The notes below the pieces were generated by a model. That model made no database searches, was not told the origin of the DNA, and worked only from the letters and a program-made list of their open reading frames with translations. A stretch of DNA of 64,000 nucleotides from positions 1 through 64,000 of the forward strand of contig NIVC01000867.1 of assembly GCA_002269645.1 (NCBI GenBank), given 5' to 3'. Positions 61,886-64,000 of this stretch are shown one piece after another. Every line of letters starts with the position of its first letter. Within the stretch, counting starts at the first letter, position 1. The position numbers were made by a program, and so were the translations under genes. The DNA is from Macrostomum lignano (Eukaryota).

Positions 61886-62785
61886 ATGGCAGCACTTAAT
61901 GACGCTATAGGTTTATTAGCAGAGGAGCTTAGGAACAGGCTAGAACTAGGGCCTATGAGGCATGTAAAGATCCAAAAGTACACTCCCAGCCAGGATGTAC
62001 GAATTTGGTTGACTGCATTCGATCAAAGGTGTGATCAGGAAGGAATAGATCAGGAGCACAGGAAAACTGAACTTCTAGCTAACCTAGATCTATCGACTGC
62101 GTTTGCAGCAGTGCAGCGATTAAATTTACCCGAGGATTTGACGTATGAGGAATTTAAGGAGAGATTGGTGGAAAGATTTGGCCGGATTGGTAGCTCATCT
62201 GAGTGCAGAGAAGAGTTTAGAGGTAGGATGCAGGGTAGAAACGAGGCAACCGACGTGTTCGCCGATGCTTTGATCGAACTAGCAGCTAGGGCGTTCCCAA
62301 ATATGAACGCAGAACAGCGTGAAGAGGAAGTAATCGAGCAATTTATCAAGGGAGTAAGAATTTCCTCCGATACCCGGGAGAAACTCATTTTTGCTCAGCC
62401 CACTAGCCTGCAGGAGGCCAGACGCATGCTTAGGAGAATAGAAGCAGCCTGGCATATGTCGCATAAGAACGGTGTCAGAGTCGTGAGAGACGAAGATGAT
62501 GAGAAGAGCAAGTTAGAAAAGCTAATTAAGCAGCAGAAATCTGAGCTCGAAGAGCAGAAGAAGCTAATTCAGGAACTGCAAGCTGAAAAGCAGCAGCCGC
62601 CAGTTACTCAGACTAGGCCGCAATACTATCAGCCAAGAGTTCAGGCGTTCCAGCCACAGCTTCGCCCGCTGATGCAGCAGCAGATAAGGAGGCAGATCCC
62701 GTGGAAGCCAACACAGAATGTAGTGCGACCTGGCTTTAACAACCAGAGTCGATTCCCTGCCCGCAACCCCAATCAGGGAAACTAG
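61886..62785 (+). CDS. gag: Ty3/gypsy Gag (299 aa)
   Basis: WL..F..C, TYEEFKERLVERFG, R.QG.NE...F...L..LA..AFP and EQFIKG capsid-type motifs, downstream of LTR + PBS. Confidence 0.88.
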   Translation: MAALNDAIGLLAEELRNRLELGPMRHVKIQKYTPSQDVRIWLTAFDQRCDQEGIDQEHRKTELLANLDLSTAFAAVQRLNLPEDLTYEEFKERLVERFGRIGSSSECREEFRGRMQGRNEATDVFADALIELAARAFPNMNAEQREEEVIEQFIKGVRISSDTREKLIFAQPTSLQEARRMLRRIEAAWHMSHKNGVRVVRDEDDEKSKLEKLIKQQKSELEEQKKLIQELQAEKQQPPVTQTRPQYYQPRVQAFQPQLRPLMQQQIRRQIPWKPTQNVVRPGFNNQSRFPARNPNQGN

Positions 62786-62820
62786 GATTCGAGGGTCGAT
62801 ATTCGAGGCCACGTCCCTCT
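62776..62820 (+). promoter_or_regulatory. -1 programmed ribosomal frameshift signal
   Basis: G_GGA_AAC heptamer (62776-62782) immediately before the gag TAG, followed by GAGGG-TCGA-TAT-TCGA...CCCTC, which could form a stem. Confidence 0.75.
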
Positions 62821-64000
62821 AGGAAACCCCAAAGCGAAGCTCAGGCCTCTCATTTCTCCCGCAAACCCGTTTTCAACCCACTCCCTGGAGGATGGCGACA
62901 AGTCCCATTTTCCAGGAATTCAATGCGTAATGCACCAATGCGTAATGCACCAACGCGTAATGCACCCATGTATAGAGCACCAATGCGTAATGCACCTGTA
63001 AACAGCGCGTCTCCCATCGCGCTATCTCCTAATATGTTTGAGTTATTGGCGTCAGAGCCCAGTGAGTCAGATGCAAAAGCATCAGCATCCGAGTTGACAA
63101 AGTCCCCAGTGACTAAGCCAGCAAATGCAAAGCAGAAGGCGAGAAAATCTCGCAAAGCGAAATATCGAGAAGCTAAGAAAGCAGCTGAGAAAGCAAAAGT
63201 TGAATTGATAAGCGAGAAAAGTAGCGAAGCAATTGTCTTTGGAGACGTTGAAGGTCAAGAAATTGACTTCTTGCTTGACACCGGAGCCGGAAACTGCTTC
63301 CTGAGCAAGTCAGTATGGTCCAAGGTGATCAAGACAGAGCAAATCAGAGAAACCAATAAGAGAGTTACCACATTTGATGGTTCCTCAGTGCAGCTAGAAG
63401 GAGAAGCTAGTGTGTCTGTAACCTTTGGAGATATTCAAATTAATATTAGCTTTTTGCTGTGCAGCTATGAATGTGATAACATTCTTGGCATGGACTTCTT
63501 CCTTTCTCACTGCAAAAGCATTGATTTAGATAATGGCATGCTTGTACTAAAGAGAGGCCTCTGTGTGCCTATGCAGTACACCCGCCAAGCAGTTAGAATT
63601 TGCCGAGTTTATACTCGAGAAAAGGCAGTAGTACCTGCTAATAGTGCATTGAGAGTTCCCATTAGGCTAGCGAAAGACCATGAGCTCAATCATGGCACTC
63701 CTATGACAGTAGAAGTGATCGGAGAAGGCGTGAGAGCCAAGGAATTGACAGTAGAGATGGTTCCGACATTGGTCACCATGAGAGACGGCAGTGCCATCGT
63801 GGAGATCGTGAATCGACACTCTGTCGACGTGAGACTGCCGAAGTCGACATTGATTGGTCTGGCCAAGCCCATGAGAGCCAAGGACCTCGTCTACTGGTCA
63901 GCATCGCCTTCCGCCGCCGAATCAGCTTCGCCGACAATTGCCGAAGATGCCGCACAACCCGCCGGACGTGTCTATCAAGCTCAGGCAACTGAAGATGCTT
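62776..64000 (+). CDS. pol: Ty3/gypsy Pol N-terminus (aspartic protease), -1 frame to gag, partial
   Basis: Frame 1 is open from the slippery site to the window end (absent from the ORF track). FLLDTGAG (D at 63277-63279) and ILGMDF. Confidence 0.88.

Overview
Eukaryotic (invertebrate) genomic DNA that is intron-rich and repeat-dense. The non-LTR retrotransposon tail at 49790-50370 resembles one I recall as abundant in Macrostomum flatworms, but the taxon is an inference. Host content is a tandem family of secreted proteins (signal peptide + PAN/apple + ALK/LTK-ectodomain-like glycine-rich domain, no TM or kinase). Three genes reconstruct intact by splicing (8289-11829 minus, 16805-33247 plus, 51768-54567 plus), and two 5'-truncated copies remain (1858-2970 minus, 4327-4644 plus). 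Most of the rest is nested mobile DNA: a P-element (8-bp TSD) in an intron, itself hit by two CMC/EnSpm-like elements; P-type MITEs; a CORE-SINE; a deleted Tc1; LINE fragments; and three Ty3/gypsy LTR elements, one with a G_GGA_AAC -1 frameshift. The most unusual object is a 15.1-kb CMC-like element (33383-48470, 2-bp TSD, empty-site paralog at about 4800). It has two near-identical multi-kb inward-facing arms with a 168-bp satellite, and a core encoding a (GRGA)n-repeat protein with a USP-like cysteine-protease domain that the ORF track only partly shows. Several 1-2 bp frameshifts could be long-read assembly errors rather than real lesions. All coordinates were read by hand.
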